DNA of 64,000 bases, from assembly GCF_964355755.1 (NCBI RefSeq), contig NC_092672.1, forward strand, positions 17,683,237-17,747,236, written 5' to 3'. Shown here piece after piece: positions 14,801-25,100 of this stretch. A program made the translations under genes and the position numbers. A model generated the notes under the pieces. It was given only the letters and a program-made list of their open reading frames with translations. It was not told where the DNA came from and made no database searches. Each line of letters opens with the position of its first letter. Within the stretch, counting starts at the first letter, position 1. This DNA comes from Antedon mediterranea (lineage: Eukaryota; Animalia; Echinodermata).

Positions 14801-17120
14801 TTTTTTTTATTTAAAAAATGAATAATAACGAAAAGCTGACTTAGTTTATGTGGTTATTTTTGGAATGAAAACGTTTAGGTAACTATGTCATGCTGTCGTT
14901 TAGCTAGTAGGTACAAAATAGTTATATTTTTTGCAGGCTTGTTTAGAAGAATTTAACTTTGATGCATCCCAAGTGATTGATAAAATCCTAGAAAATTCCT
15001 TACCAGAATACTTGAAAGGTCTTGATCACAACATAGCAAGAGATGTAAAACCAAAAGAAAATTCTCTACTCTCTCAACGTAACAACATATTTGATAATGA
15101 TGATTTTGATATATTTCATAAAACTAATGTTCTTGATAAAACAAGAATTCATAAAGGAAAAAAGTAAGTAGGATTTTTATACAAATGTGACCTTAACAAC
15201 CAATTTATAGCCAACCAACAGTTTATTTTACTATTTTTATCAAAGGAAGCTTTATCAGTATAAAAGAACGACCGCACACGACTACCTCCACTCATGTCGT
15301 GAGGTAACACGAAATTTAAAATGCTATTTTTCGAACATTGCAATTATAAACTGTGAACATACGATATATTATCAGCAAAATATTCAAAAGTAGTACGTAG
15401 TAAAATAAAGCAAGATAAACAACTCTAAATTATGTAAAAACTAAATTTATCGGGATGTTCGAAAAAGCGGTGTTAAATCAATGCGTTAGAATAGGACAAG
15501 ATGGCTGACCGAACTTTGTTTGGACCCAGAGAAGTCGGTAGCCAGGAAACGTGACGTCGCACTTTTTCTTCCTATTATGTATGCAAACATTAAGAAATGG
15601 GGTCGAGTGTCAAATGTTGTACTTCATTTTTGTTTCATTAGAGGAAATATAAATATATACATTCTGAATAAATCAGTGAAAAAATCAACTCTCTCGGACT
15701 AGTAGTTTTTAAGATATGCATATTTAGGCTAATTTGCATATCATCGGGATGAGTGACAAATGTTGATCTCCTCTGTTTGCAGTTTGGGCTGTTTTTTAGC
15801 TAGATTGCCTGGCCTATACAGTACCTAATTTGCTATCTAAATCTGTTTTTTTTTTCCAAGCCTGTTTCTTTTGAAATTCTGGATTTATTACATTATCTAC
15901 TTATGTACACACTATTAACCAATTTTTCTATATATTTCTATACAGAAAAGATGAAAGTACTGTGGCATTATTAATGGACAAGTCACATGTAAAAGATATG
16001 AAGGATAGGTACACTGAACTTGGTTACACATATGATAATGAATACGATGATGAGTATGATGATACATATGATACAATCAATGTTGGAGCTACTGATGCAG
16101 ACTCGGCTGATGAACTGGCTGATAGAAGGTAAGCTATCATTTTAACATTGATGTATCAATGCACTGCGGATTTGTCTGAGCAAATACTGTCAGTACGGCT
16201 GAGATTCATTTATATTAGGCCCAAATTCTACAAAGAACTTGTTAATGCTAATAACCTGTGATAAACATAAATAATTTACAGATATTATTAGCTGCAGTGA
16301 TATAACATTTAATTTCCCTGGGGGATTTTTATTTTTCTTTAGAGGAAAATATAAATTCTAAAGGTATATCTTCACTTGAAGAATTATTTCAACCGGTCAC
16401 TAAATAATGTATGTATAATGTACAGTAATAACATATAAAATCAGATAACCTTAATCTGTTAGTAACCTTGTATCTTATACTTCAAAAATATGGAGAAATT
16501 TAGTGTAGTGACTAATTTTTCAATTCGTTTATTTAGAACGTTTACTACTCCACGTATAATTTTACAAATGGAAGGAAAAAGCACAAAGGACAGAAAATCT
16601 GAAGAGACTGTAGAGGTTGGTGTAGATTCTTTTGAGTTTTTTTTTAATTCTGATCTTTTTTACATCATTTTAATTTTGTTCATCTATTTGTGTAAAGCCT
16701 ATATACCTGCTACTTCCAAACCGGCAAGGAAGTTACACTGATTTGGATTAAGTTGGGGTTTGGTTGATCCTGTATTATTGGCTTGATGTTTCTTGCTTCC
16801 GTATAACAAATATTAAAACCAAAATCTTATATTTAAGACAGTAAAAATTGTTTTTTTGCTAGGAAGCACCCAAAGATCCCGGTCCACCACATGATGAGTT
16901 CATTGCAAACCCAGCAGTCCTTCGTGAAAAGCGTGAACAAAGATATCAACAACAACATCAACAGAGCAGCAGATCCAAGCAAGTCAAAGGCAAACCTAAA
17001 GGTCAAGGACAGGACAATAGCACAGTGCATGCAAGGAAGCATAAAGAAGCTAACAAATCACAGAGAGCTAACCACAATAGGAAAACCATGGCTAGTAGAA
17101 AAATGGCTAAAGGCATGTAG
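2789..17120 (+). CDS. ASCC2: Activating signal cointegrator 1 complex subunit 2 (CUE-domain ubiquitin-binding protein); 16 coding exons
   Basis: Exons: 2789-2866, 6397-6555, 7157-7215, 7491-7602, 8034-8231, 8504-8577, 10245-10385, 10785-10859, 13829-13936, 14041-14196, 14329-14527, 14678-14770, 14937-15163, 15946-16128, 16537-16615, 16863-17120. Total 2199 nt with consistent phases. Peptides match ASCC2 as I know it: YHKFWSQVIFD, FLRIATHKESKEHFI, NFLFDIPKFMDLCVLYG, IQDLLPDLGDGFIEACL (CUE), YDDEYDDTYD, KEANKSQRANHNRK. Confidence 0.96.
3238..3604 (+). repeat. 23-bp minisatellite (AGCTTACATGCACCAGATCCAAA), ~16 copies
   Basis: Near-perfect direct tandem repeat in ASCC2 intron 1. It explains the three overlapping repetitive ORFs. 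Confidence 0.95.
5281..6105 (+). repeat. Degenerate 21-22-bp minisatellite (GGCTTACCTACCAGGTCCAAT)
   Basis: Several dozen diverged tandem units sharing the GCTTAC...ACCAGGTCCAA core. Confidence 0.9.
6397..6555 (+). CDS. ASCC2: ASCC2 coding exon 2
   Basis: TTACAG acceptor; DAYWVDKVDF...LLCQPYHKFWSQ; GTGTGT donor. Confidence 0.93.
7157..7215 (+). CDS. ASCC2: ASCC2 coding exon 3
   Basis: VIFDGSLQMCLDTYLSFAP(R); AG/GT boundaries. Confidence 0.93.
7491..7602 (+). CDS. ASCC2: ASCC2 coding exon 4
   Basis: CFDNL...LVFMTFLRIATHKESK; AG/GT boundaries. Confidence 0.94.
8034..8231 (+). CDS. ASCC2: ASCC2 coding exon 5
   Basis: EHFITPHIFGDILYENFLFDIPKFMDLCVLYG...TIFE; AG/GT boundaries. Confidence 0.95.
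8504..8577 (+). CDS. ASCC2: ASCC2 coding exon 6
   Basis: VFENIGSKCG...QKMHK; donor GTAAGT. Confidence 0.9.
8722..9265. repeat. Unclassified interspersed element with an internal ~33-bp duplication and a tRNA-like segment
   Basis: TCGAG(A/T)ACGATGATATTGACTGTGTAATTTTCG occurs twice (8821, 8893). Minus-strand A-box and B-box-like motifs lie at 9033-9023 and 8981-8972. Confidence 0.4.
10245..10385 (+). CDS. ASCC2: ASCC2 coding exon 7
   Basis: TNILDMAIEDVKDILLYLVDIAQSILAFIEIY...FVN(R). Confidence 0.9.
10785..10859 (+). CDS. ASCC2: ASCC2 coding exon 8
   Basis: LAAMYEGVIPQLKRMLKERHWQDK; donor GTATGT. Confidence 0.9.
10945..12505. mobile_element. Non-autonomous TIR element with 4-bp AATT TSD (Sola-like GAG...CTC ends)
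   Basis: AATT|GAGGCATGGCATCCCAAAA ... TTTTGTGATGCCAGGCCTC|AATT. Contains the HINE at 11295-11952. Confidence 0.65.
11295..11952 (+). mobile_element. Helentron/HINE non-autonomous element, family B (short form)
   Basis: 5' TTACCTCCGCCAAGGAG, (GTTT)n microsatellite, subterminal inverted GGCGGAGGT, 3' hairpin CACTCTCGGAGTG and CTAG|TT end. Confidence 0.8.
12628..13780. mobile_element. Tc1/mariner (pogo/Tigger-like) MITE
   Basis: TA|CCGTATATTTCGGTGTATAAGACGCAC ... GTGCGACTTGTACACCGAAATATACGG|TA, with internal GTGCGTCTTATAC repeats. Confidence 0.85.
13829..13936 (+). CDS. ASCC2: ASCC2 coding exon 9
   Basis: LRNTIKKQLEFAKKSLVDLCHCLINTTCIQQILEN; donor GTAAAT. Confidence 0.9.
14041..14196 (+). CDS. 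ASCC2: ASCC2 coding exon 10 (ends at a U12-type donor)
   Basis: DSKELV...ADLQLLQQTDHDDM(L), followed by GTATCCTTT. Confidence 0.88.
14197..14328 (+). other. U12-type (minor spliceosome) GT-AG intron of ASCC2
   Basis: 5' splice site GTATCCTTT, branch-point-like TTACCTTTAAC about 10 nt before CATAG, and no polypyrimidine tract. Splicing restores the frame (...DML/DANRVKFIL). Confidence 0.85.
14329..14527 (+). CDS. ASCC2: ASCC2 coding exon 11
   Basis: DANRVKFILDGVKAARN...YLKDY; donor GTAAGC. Confidence 0.88.
14678..14770 (+). CDS. ASCC2: ASCC2 coding exon 12 (CUE domain, N-terminal half)
   Basis: AGVPMPTDVEINSMILSIQDLLPDLGDGFIE. Confidence 0.95.
14937..15163 (+). CDS. ASCC2: ASCC2 coding exon 13 (CUE domain, C-terminal half)
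   Basis: ACLEEFNFDASQVIDKILE...RNNIFDNDDFDIF...IHKGK. Confidence 0.95.
15946..16128 (+). CDS. ASCC2: ASCC2 coding exon 14
   Basis: LLMDKSHV...YDDEYDDTYDTINVGATDADSADELADR. Confidence 0.95.
16537..16615 (+). CDS. ASCC2: ASCC2 coding exon 15
   Basis: TFTTPRIILQMEGKSTKDRKSEETVE; donor GTTGGT (donor position less certain). Confidence 0.82.
16863..17120 (+). CDS. ASCC2: ASCC2 terminal coding exon 16
   Basis: EAPKDP...FIANPAVLREKRE...ANHNRKTMASRKMAKGM*; TAG at 17118-17120. Confidence 0.95.
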   Translation, partial: EAPKDPGPPHDEFIANPAVLREKREQRYQQQHQQSSRSKQVKGKPKGQGQDNSTVHARKHKEANKSQRANHNRKTMASRKMAKGM

Positions 17121-17291
17121 TCTATGGGCAGAACACAATGTACAGAAGTGAAAAGGTTTTGATGACTGGAACAGAATATTGCCAGAGTGGCAGTTTCCAA
17201 GCAAGTCAGACTACAAATCGTCTAATTTTGTTTTTAATTGTTTGTCTTTCTCATACTATTTTCTAATATTGCAATTATTTTCAAATATTAA

Positions 17292-17322
17292 AATAAAATT
17301 GAAATATTAATTAGTAAATAAA
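17292..17322 (+). terminator. Candidate ASCC2 polyadenylation signals
   Basis: AATAAA at 17292 and 17317, about 170-200 nt after the stop. The AT-rich context makes chance matches likely. Confidence 0.4.
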
Positions 17323-17447
17323 ATGTGTGAACAAATATTTAGGCCCCCAACTGACCTGACAATCAATTACACAGCAGCATGCAAGCATAAAAACCTATCG
17401 CTTCACAGGCTAAATTTTGTTCTTCATTGATATGGTGCTGGCTCCTG

Positions 17448-18255
17448 GGTTTCGATCCAAGTCAGCCCTAAACCGTCTCGGCCAAAGTCAAGTCGGCCTC
17501 AAGTCAACTCGGCCTCAAGTCAACTCGGCCTCACGTCAACTCGGCCAAAAAATAATCGGTCAACTTGGTCCCATTAAAGTATGGAACGCAAAAAGTGCAA
17601 ATGAAGGGGATTGATAAAATAATATTTCTTCACAATTTTTTAACTATAAATAATTCTGACTTTTAATGAATATTAATATTTAGACAATAATATATTTAGC
17701 AAAAAAAATAGGAATGATTTCACCAACTTTCCTTTATTAATACCTTTAATAAAATTTCAAATTGCACAATTGAAAACAATTCGTAGCTGCGCCTCCCTGC
17801 GCCTTTGGCAGCTTTTTTGATATCTACAACCGAACTGCTACGTGTTTTCACTGACCCCTTTTTTTTAAACTCAAATCATGGACAAAAACGATGTACAATC
17901 ATTTTTTCTATGGCCAAATGGTGGAACGTAGGCCTCCGTCTTCGATTTACTAAAATGCGGTACCTGCACGTGTTTTTGTAACACGCGGGTACTTATATTC
18001 ATATCGGCAATGAGTTCATTTTTTTATATATTATTTAATTATATTTTTTTTTTTATTCATTTTTTTTAAAGCGTGGATAGTATGAATCATAATAATATTA
18101 TTAAGCACTTTTTGCGTTCCATACTTTATTGTGGCCGAGTTGACCGATTAGTTTTTGGCTGAATTGACTTGAGGCCGAGTTGACTTGGGGCCGACTTGAC
18201 GTGGGGCCGACTTGAGTTTGGCCGAGACGGTTTAGGGCCGACTTGACCTGCACCC
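17448..18255. mobile_element. Foldback-type MITE with ~150-bp TIRs built of 15-bp units; 8-bp TSD
   Basis: TSD GGCTCCTG at 17440-17447 and 18256-18263; (CAAGTCAACTCGGCCT)n versus (GGCCGAGTTGACTTG)n. Confidence 0.85.
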
Positions 18256-19299
18256 GGCTCCTGAATTGATCTTTGATTTTTTAAGACATTTCGTCACAAA
18301 ATCATGAATTGGAAAAACGAAAGTGAACATTGATTATTCTGTTTGTAAATGCAAGTCAAGACACTTCTTTTGAATAAAAGTTTTCTTAATCAAAAGCAAT
18401 AAAAATGTTTTTTAATATACGAAAAAGAAATAAATCAGTAATGTTTGGCAAGTAGTCCTTAGATTTTTATTTGCTTTATTAGGATTACAGAAAATTTTGT
18501 GTTATATTTATTCAAAAAACCCTAAATTTTACTATTTAGGCATGTGAATTTTGCCATTTAGATATGGCACCTATGAAAAACGAAAAAGAATTTGTGAATT
18601 GTTTTTTTAAAATCTTTTTGTACCAATCTGGCTCTAATGTAAAACAAACGTTTATGTAAATCAATTATTGAATTTAGGAGATACCATTATTTTTCTTAGG
18701 GGTGTTTTTAGGAATTTCATATGTGGGAATTTATGTTTTTCAAATGGGCTATATTCACCAGCAACTATGGTGCAGGCATGGTTACAGTAGTTGAACGGTT
18801 GGTCTTAATTGCTATTTCTAATTAAATTATCGTGGGGAATCATGTAATTTCTGTGTAGTGTTTCTAGATAAATGGTTGAAATAGGTGATACAGCTTTTTC
18901 AGTCCAAAATGTTTTGTTGTTGTTGATAGAACATACTAAAATATAGGCCTATATAAATATTAGTATCTAAAATCTACCCTGGTTTGTTTATTAGTAATTA
19001 CCCATTTTCCAGATTACATCAGACTTTGAATAGGTTATTTTGAAGTTTTAATCAAGTTAATCAATTGCATAGAAAACGAAGAAAAAATTATGTTTTTATT
19101 AAAATGACAAAATAAATGGTTAAATTCAACCAAATATCCATTGGCTGGCAGCCAATTTGACTATTTTTTGCTTTAAATTACAGTTTTTTCAGGTAAATAA
19201 ATTTTTTTTTTCGATCTAAGCATTGGTCAAAATGGATAACTATTATGATATAAAAATGGAATAATCAACAAACATTTTTTCAGGGGAACAATACATCTT

Positions 19300-20518
19300 T
19301 AACTAAATTTGAACTCGTCACTATGGACGGCGCAACCGCCACGTGCACGTCATACTTTAGAAAATTGCGCACAGAAAAAACGATTATGCCATTGAAAAAA
19401 TGTTAGTGTGCTCTCTATTTTGTGTCACGTCTAAGTATATACGCAGTATACACTATACTGTATACATACTTATATACAGTGCAGCATAGATGAAATTATG
19501 AGACCCATCTTTTAATCCAATTTTTAACATGATAAAGTCATCAAAATGAAGCACGAAGATAGCAATTTCGGAAGGGAATTATCTGAGCAACAACATATTA
19601 ACATGTTGAAGCAATTTGGATATGTAGAATATGGATGCACGCTCGACTTTTAAATGTCATGAACTATGATGCAAAATATGAAAATACGACTTTTATAATT
19701 CAACTGGCCATATGATGACGTCACAACATCCGATGCGCATAATGAATATTACTTTTTATTTTGAGGAGCTATAGCAAATTGAAATTTATTAGAATGATGA
19801 AAATAAGTGATCAGAGTTATTCACGCTTTTGCACATGATGTCATACAAATTTTTTAAATGGTATATCATTTGAAAGTCATATAAAGAAGTTTCTTGCACA
19901 TCTACAGCTACAAGTCAATCTTATGACAAAGTTATACAATCTAATATTGGCCAGAATTAGAGATACGCTGCTGACAAAATTTGTGGAAAGAAAGAAGAAC
20001 TAGACATGAATCTCGTCACTTTGACGAGTTAGTTATCCGAATGACAAACGCCACGTGCACGTCATACGTTTGAATATTTCACACAGAAAAAGATTATAGC
20101 ATTATGACCTGAACTGAAGAATATGATATGTTGTTATTGCTGAATTCTGTTATTTTGTGTCATATAGTATACACAGTATAATCTGTATACATATCACATA
20201 CAGTGTAGAATAGGTGAAATTACGGAACCCGCTATTTATTTCAATTTTTTGCGCAACTCTTACGTTTAAAAAATAGGAGGTGCACAAGTTCACATATATG
20301 TCGATATTTTGATAGTTACGATATGTTCTCTTTACACGTTTTAGAGAAACGCGACGCACAAAAATGACAGAAGGAAAGAAGCATAATACAGAAAAAAAAA
20401 GATGATGAAACAGGACAGTTAAAAGAAGTTATCCGCTACTAAACGGATAACTGGTAAGATTGAAAAAAAAAGATCCTGACAATAACAAGGGGTTATCCGC
20501 CTAGTGCGGATAACCAAT
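19300..20518 (-). mobile_element. HINE family A, two tandem units
   Basis: CTCGTCACT(T/A)TG hairpin starts at ~19313 and ~20012; terminal TTATCCGCCTAGTGCGGATAACCAAT. Confidence 0.7.
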
Positions 20519-20589
20519 GAACATTTCTGTATCTAAAACATGTAAATATTATTTTTAAGATCATCTAAAATTCGCATATATATATATAT

Positions 20590-20887
20590 CTACCAAGCTA
20601 CCTTCTTTGTTTTCTACTCTTATTCAGACTCCAGCCTGCCTCCTTTGTTGTATTTCTTTTACAGTATTCCTGTCCACCCAGGCAGCACTTGCCAGCTCTT
20701 ATACAATGACGTTATCCAAATTCCTTCACTTGCACTGATGAAGGGCTAGTGTTGCCAGAAAGCTCTGCTAACTTTTCTGGCTGTTTAACTTTATCGTTTT
20801 GATCTAGCTTTTCGCTTTTTTTTTTTGTATCTCCATTGAGATCCAGCCACTGATACCCACAGCATTCAGTAATTTGCCTTTGGATTT
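20590..20887 (+). mobile_element. Probable Penelope-like element solo terminal repeat in a (TA)n site
   Basis: About 300 bp flanked on both sides by (TA)n and containing a minimal hammerhead motif. Confidence 0.55.
20730..20770 (+). ncRNA. Minimal type I hammerhead ribozyme motif
   Basis: TGCA-CTGATGA-A-GGGC-TAGTGTT-GCCA-GAA-AGCT-C-TGC: CUGANGA and GAAA boxes, stem II, palindromic AGCU in place of stem III, UC cleavage site, short stem I. Confidence 0.6.
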
Positions 20888-21943
20888 ATATATATAATAT
20901 GATACGCCTATGATTCATTTAAGCATCGTTATGCACATGTTTATAGCTACACAAGTTAACAAAACACTGAGTTCTAGATGATTAAACAATTTTGGGTAGG
21001 GTGTGAGATAAAAAAAAATAGCCATACAGTTTTTCTTGTTCAAACATTTAATTCTTTATATCAACGTATAGAGTAATGTCTGTCCTAATTTTTTGTTTTA
21101 ATATTTGATTCACTTTGAATTTAGTTCAAATTGTATGCCTTACTTTACAAATAACATATCCTGAAATCAGAAAAAATACAAACTTTTGTGACAACATCAG
21201 TATAACAAAAATGTATTCCCCAAAGTTTTTTGCCTTTTATCCATTCCCCCAAGGTCCATAGAATATATAAAAAACGCATGTCAAGTGTTACCATAGACAT
21301 TGTGAAGCTCCAAACTTTGGCCAAAATTGGATTTTTTACAAGTAACAACACCCTTTTGAAAATAAATGGTACGGTCCATTCCCATGACCAACCAACAATT
21401 TTTTGCTCTGCAGTTTGTTTATAAGCCTTTCATCATCTTGTACTAAAAATGAAATTAAATTTTAACAATCTGTGTAAGAGTTATTGAAATCAACGTTTAC
21501 CTATTTGAAAAATTACAAGAAAATGCTATATTTTTAAAATGGCCGTTACTATGGCAACAAGACACAGATATAAAAAATAATTTATCTGTGCATGTTTCAA
21601 CCAAACATCTTTCATTGTGCAAAAGAAAAGGTCGATATTATAGACAATTGCTCTTAAAAAGTATTAAATAATCAACTCTACTGTATATTCAATATCATTC
21701 AATATATAAACAAACCTGTGTCACAAGCGGATTAATTTTTTTTCTGGAATAGGCGAAATACCCCTCTCACAAATGAAACCCTCATTATCTGATCTGAGCA
21801 TTATACTTTACTATAATTCTACTTTAAGTAAAAAAGTTAACAAATAATCCCACTATTTTTAGTATAATAATTATATATATATTAAGCAAGCAAACTAATT
21901 CAGTGATCTTTAAAATCTTGTTATGAGGTACAAACAACCTTTT

Positions 21944-22115
21944 TTAGATTTCTTTCTTTATATTGGCATCATCAGTATGCAAGTGTTTTCGTTCAGATGT
22001 CCTGAGCCACAGTCCAGTGGATATTATCAAATGACATATGTGTAGAATAATTGAACTTGCATCAGTTGAAGGGTATGTATTCCATGACAGCTCAATCAAA
22101 CCAAGAATTAAGATT
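21944..22115 (-). CDS. ALG3: ALG3 terminal exon 9
   Basis: [28 protein letters not shown]...NIKKEI*. The C-terminal KKxx is an ER-retrieval-type motif. Confidence 0.94.
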
Positions 22116-25100
22116 CTATTATAAGTAAAAAAGAAGATAATTATAATACTTTTCATTATAACTGTAACATGTATACTGTATAAACTGTTCAGATCTCAAC
22201 TACCATTGAACAGTCCCATTTCCTAAATTTTTGCGCCGCGGCTTTAGCCAGCAATGTCCCAAGAGGACATACATTTGTAAACTCGATTTTGGATTCTCGC
22301 CCTTTGATTGGTTGACGCGAATCAACAGACTGGGAAGAATTTCTCCCTTGTACCACTGAGAAGTCAAGATGTCACTAGAGGGTATTCAGTTGCATGCCTA
22401 CAGGTTGAGGTCACACACATACACACAGCACATTAAAGGTCAAAATTGACCATTTGTAAATGCTATTTTTTAATTAGTTGTTGGCAAATAATACATTGTT
22501 TGAAAGGTACACATGTCTTCTTTCAAATGCTGTTGAAAGTTAGCCAACATATCAATTATTCAATGAAATACAACTAGATTACTTACACCCACCAAAATAG
22601 GCATGTGATTTATAATTAAATAGCTATGTTTTGTTAGATTTGGGTGTCTAGAAAACTCAGATCTGAGAAAACTCAGATATCTGCCTTTTCTAGATCTAGA
22701 AGACTCAGATATCAATATCTGACTTTTCTAGTTCCAAAATGGAACTAGAAAACTCAGATCATCATTTGATTGGTTGGTAGGTCATTTGGATCATTCCGTT
22801 ATTAATCAGCAGGTAGGTCATTTGAAATACTAGAGTATTATTAAAACTGATTACTTTGTACGTTTTCTTACTAAAATTGTAACATGTAGAAGCGGCCTAC
22901 GGCTTAAATCACAAAGAAAATACAGTGAATGTTACCGTTAAAATGTAGGCTTAAAAATGAGGCATGTACGAGTTGGTGTGGGTTGAGGTACGAGTTAGTC
23001 AAGTTGGGAATATGTACAAGTTATTTTGGGTACGAGTTGACCACTTCTAGTCTAGTACTGTAGGACCAGGCCTACTCTTCGCGATACATCGCGATAGCGT
23101 CCACACGTTGAGCCTTGAATTGAGTTTGCTAAAAGGTGTATAATGTATTTCTTTATGATTTAAGACGTAGGCTGCTACTACAAGTTACAATAATTATTAT
23201 TATTAGTAAGAAAACGTATAATACTGTGTAGTATTTCAAATAATAAATAAATAATAATAAATAGCTATGTTACATTTTGTGTATTTTTACGAATAACAAA
23301 CATATATTTATTTTGTTACATGTTTCCATGGTAACAAAAACATTTTCTATAAATTACTAAATATATCTGAAGAAAGAACAATGATTAATTTTAAAATGTC
23401 GAGCGGCGTTTTTTTTGTAAGAAATATTTCTTGTTTAGATTTAATTTAAAGTCAGAAACTACATTTAATGTATTGAGATACCTTTTTTCGTCTCTAAATA
23501 GTTAAAAATGTAAAAAATAAGGCAATTCTAATAATTTTAGCGCCCGCTATAAATCCCAACATGCATTACGCGCAGATCATTAATATATATTTTTTTATTC
23601 TGTAATTCACCCACTTTTCGATCGATCGTAAGGCCAAAAGAAATGGAAGACTCCTAATTTTTCAGAGAAAATACCGGGTTTCCCCCAATTTGAACTTGAA
23701 CTTGAACGAGAGGACATTCACCACGAGTTACTTAGGTAGAGCATTGTTTTTTTTTTATCTTTCTTCATCTTTCTTTTTATCATAATTTACCGTAAAACAT
23801 ATTTAAGACAAGGAATGACCTGGTTTAATGTTTTAAAAGTAATATATATGTATTATTTTTTTTAAAACGTCACAAACTGTAGGGAATTGGTCTTTAAAGA
23901 TGATAATCAATGGACAGCTTTTTGTAAAACTTTTTAGAATTTTGTGGGGGTGTCTATAATTTAGACCATCAGTTAAGGTGTGCCATTATATAGGTAGTCA
24001 TTAATTGCATGTTCAACTCATAAAGAATTTTTCTCATTTTCTTCCAAAAAATTACTTCATAACATTACCAAAGGAATAAGTTACATACATGATATATTAA
24101 TTATTTTTCCTTACAGTACAATAGGTTGATCAGATTGTCACAATTTAAAAAAATTCAAGCTAAAGTGTTTGTGGACATTAGCCAGGTCACTTACTTGAGA
24201 ATAACAGGAATACTTGTTATCCACAGTAGGTAATGGAGTGTATGGAAATACCAGACATAGAATTGATAATGAAGACTCCTACTAAACATCATACCAAGAA
24301 AGTTGCTAGAAAACATTGTCGTTACAATATGTAAAAATATATTATTAAGGTTGATAGAAATACACTGTGAATTTGTATAATTTTGAGGAATGAGAAAACA
24401 TTTACTTCGCTTATTTCTAATAATGTGATCTCTTTTTAAAAATCCCCAGCATTACCCAATGTTTTATGCAAGTCCCATTCAACTTTGGCAGATTTGACTG
24501 TACAGTAAATATTGTAATTAATAGAAAATGTAAAAAATAAAAGGATATAACTGTCATCAATAATAGTCTTGGTTTCAACTGGTTTAACAAGAAGTTCTAT
24601 GATGTTTTTTCTCCTGAAAAATAATATAGCAAACAATCATTCTATTGTAGATCCAGCAGCTTAACATTAGGGACTTTACGAAACAGGACAGGAAGCCACA
24701 GGACGGTGCTCATGAATAATTTATGCATGAGTTTTAACAAAGTAAGCGGAGCTCAGTGTGCAATTCTGTCGTCTTAACTTTTTGAGGATGATAAAGTTGG
24801 CATTTTCCCGTTTACGGAGAACAACTAGAAATAAGGTACATATAACCTTAAATATACAGTTCAAATTACACTTAATTTAACACTTACAAAAGCACAAAAT
24901 TTGGTATACAGGTTGTCCACTATCTACGAATTCAATTTTTGATAGGCGCCAAGCAAAATGACCCCTTGGGTCACCTAATTTGAATAATTTAAAATAGCGG
25001 ACATTTTCGCTTAAACACTCTATATCTCTGAAACTACTGGTCATAGAGGGTTGATTTTTTTCACAAAATTTCTATTTACTCTAATGAAGTATTTTTTTTT

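Noticed and set aside
15490-15560. CAAGATGGC (YY1-like) and TGACGTC (CRE-like) motifs as an internal promoter
   Set aside because: Short motifs within what looks like repeat-derived intronic sequence, with no supporting evidence.
16891-17151. 86-aa ORF in the ORF track
   Set aside because: It is an alternative frame of the ASCC2 terminal exon; the conserved frame ends at TAG 17120.
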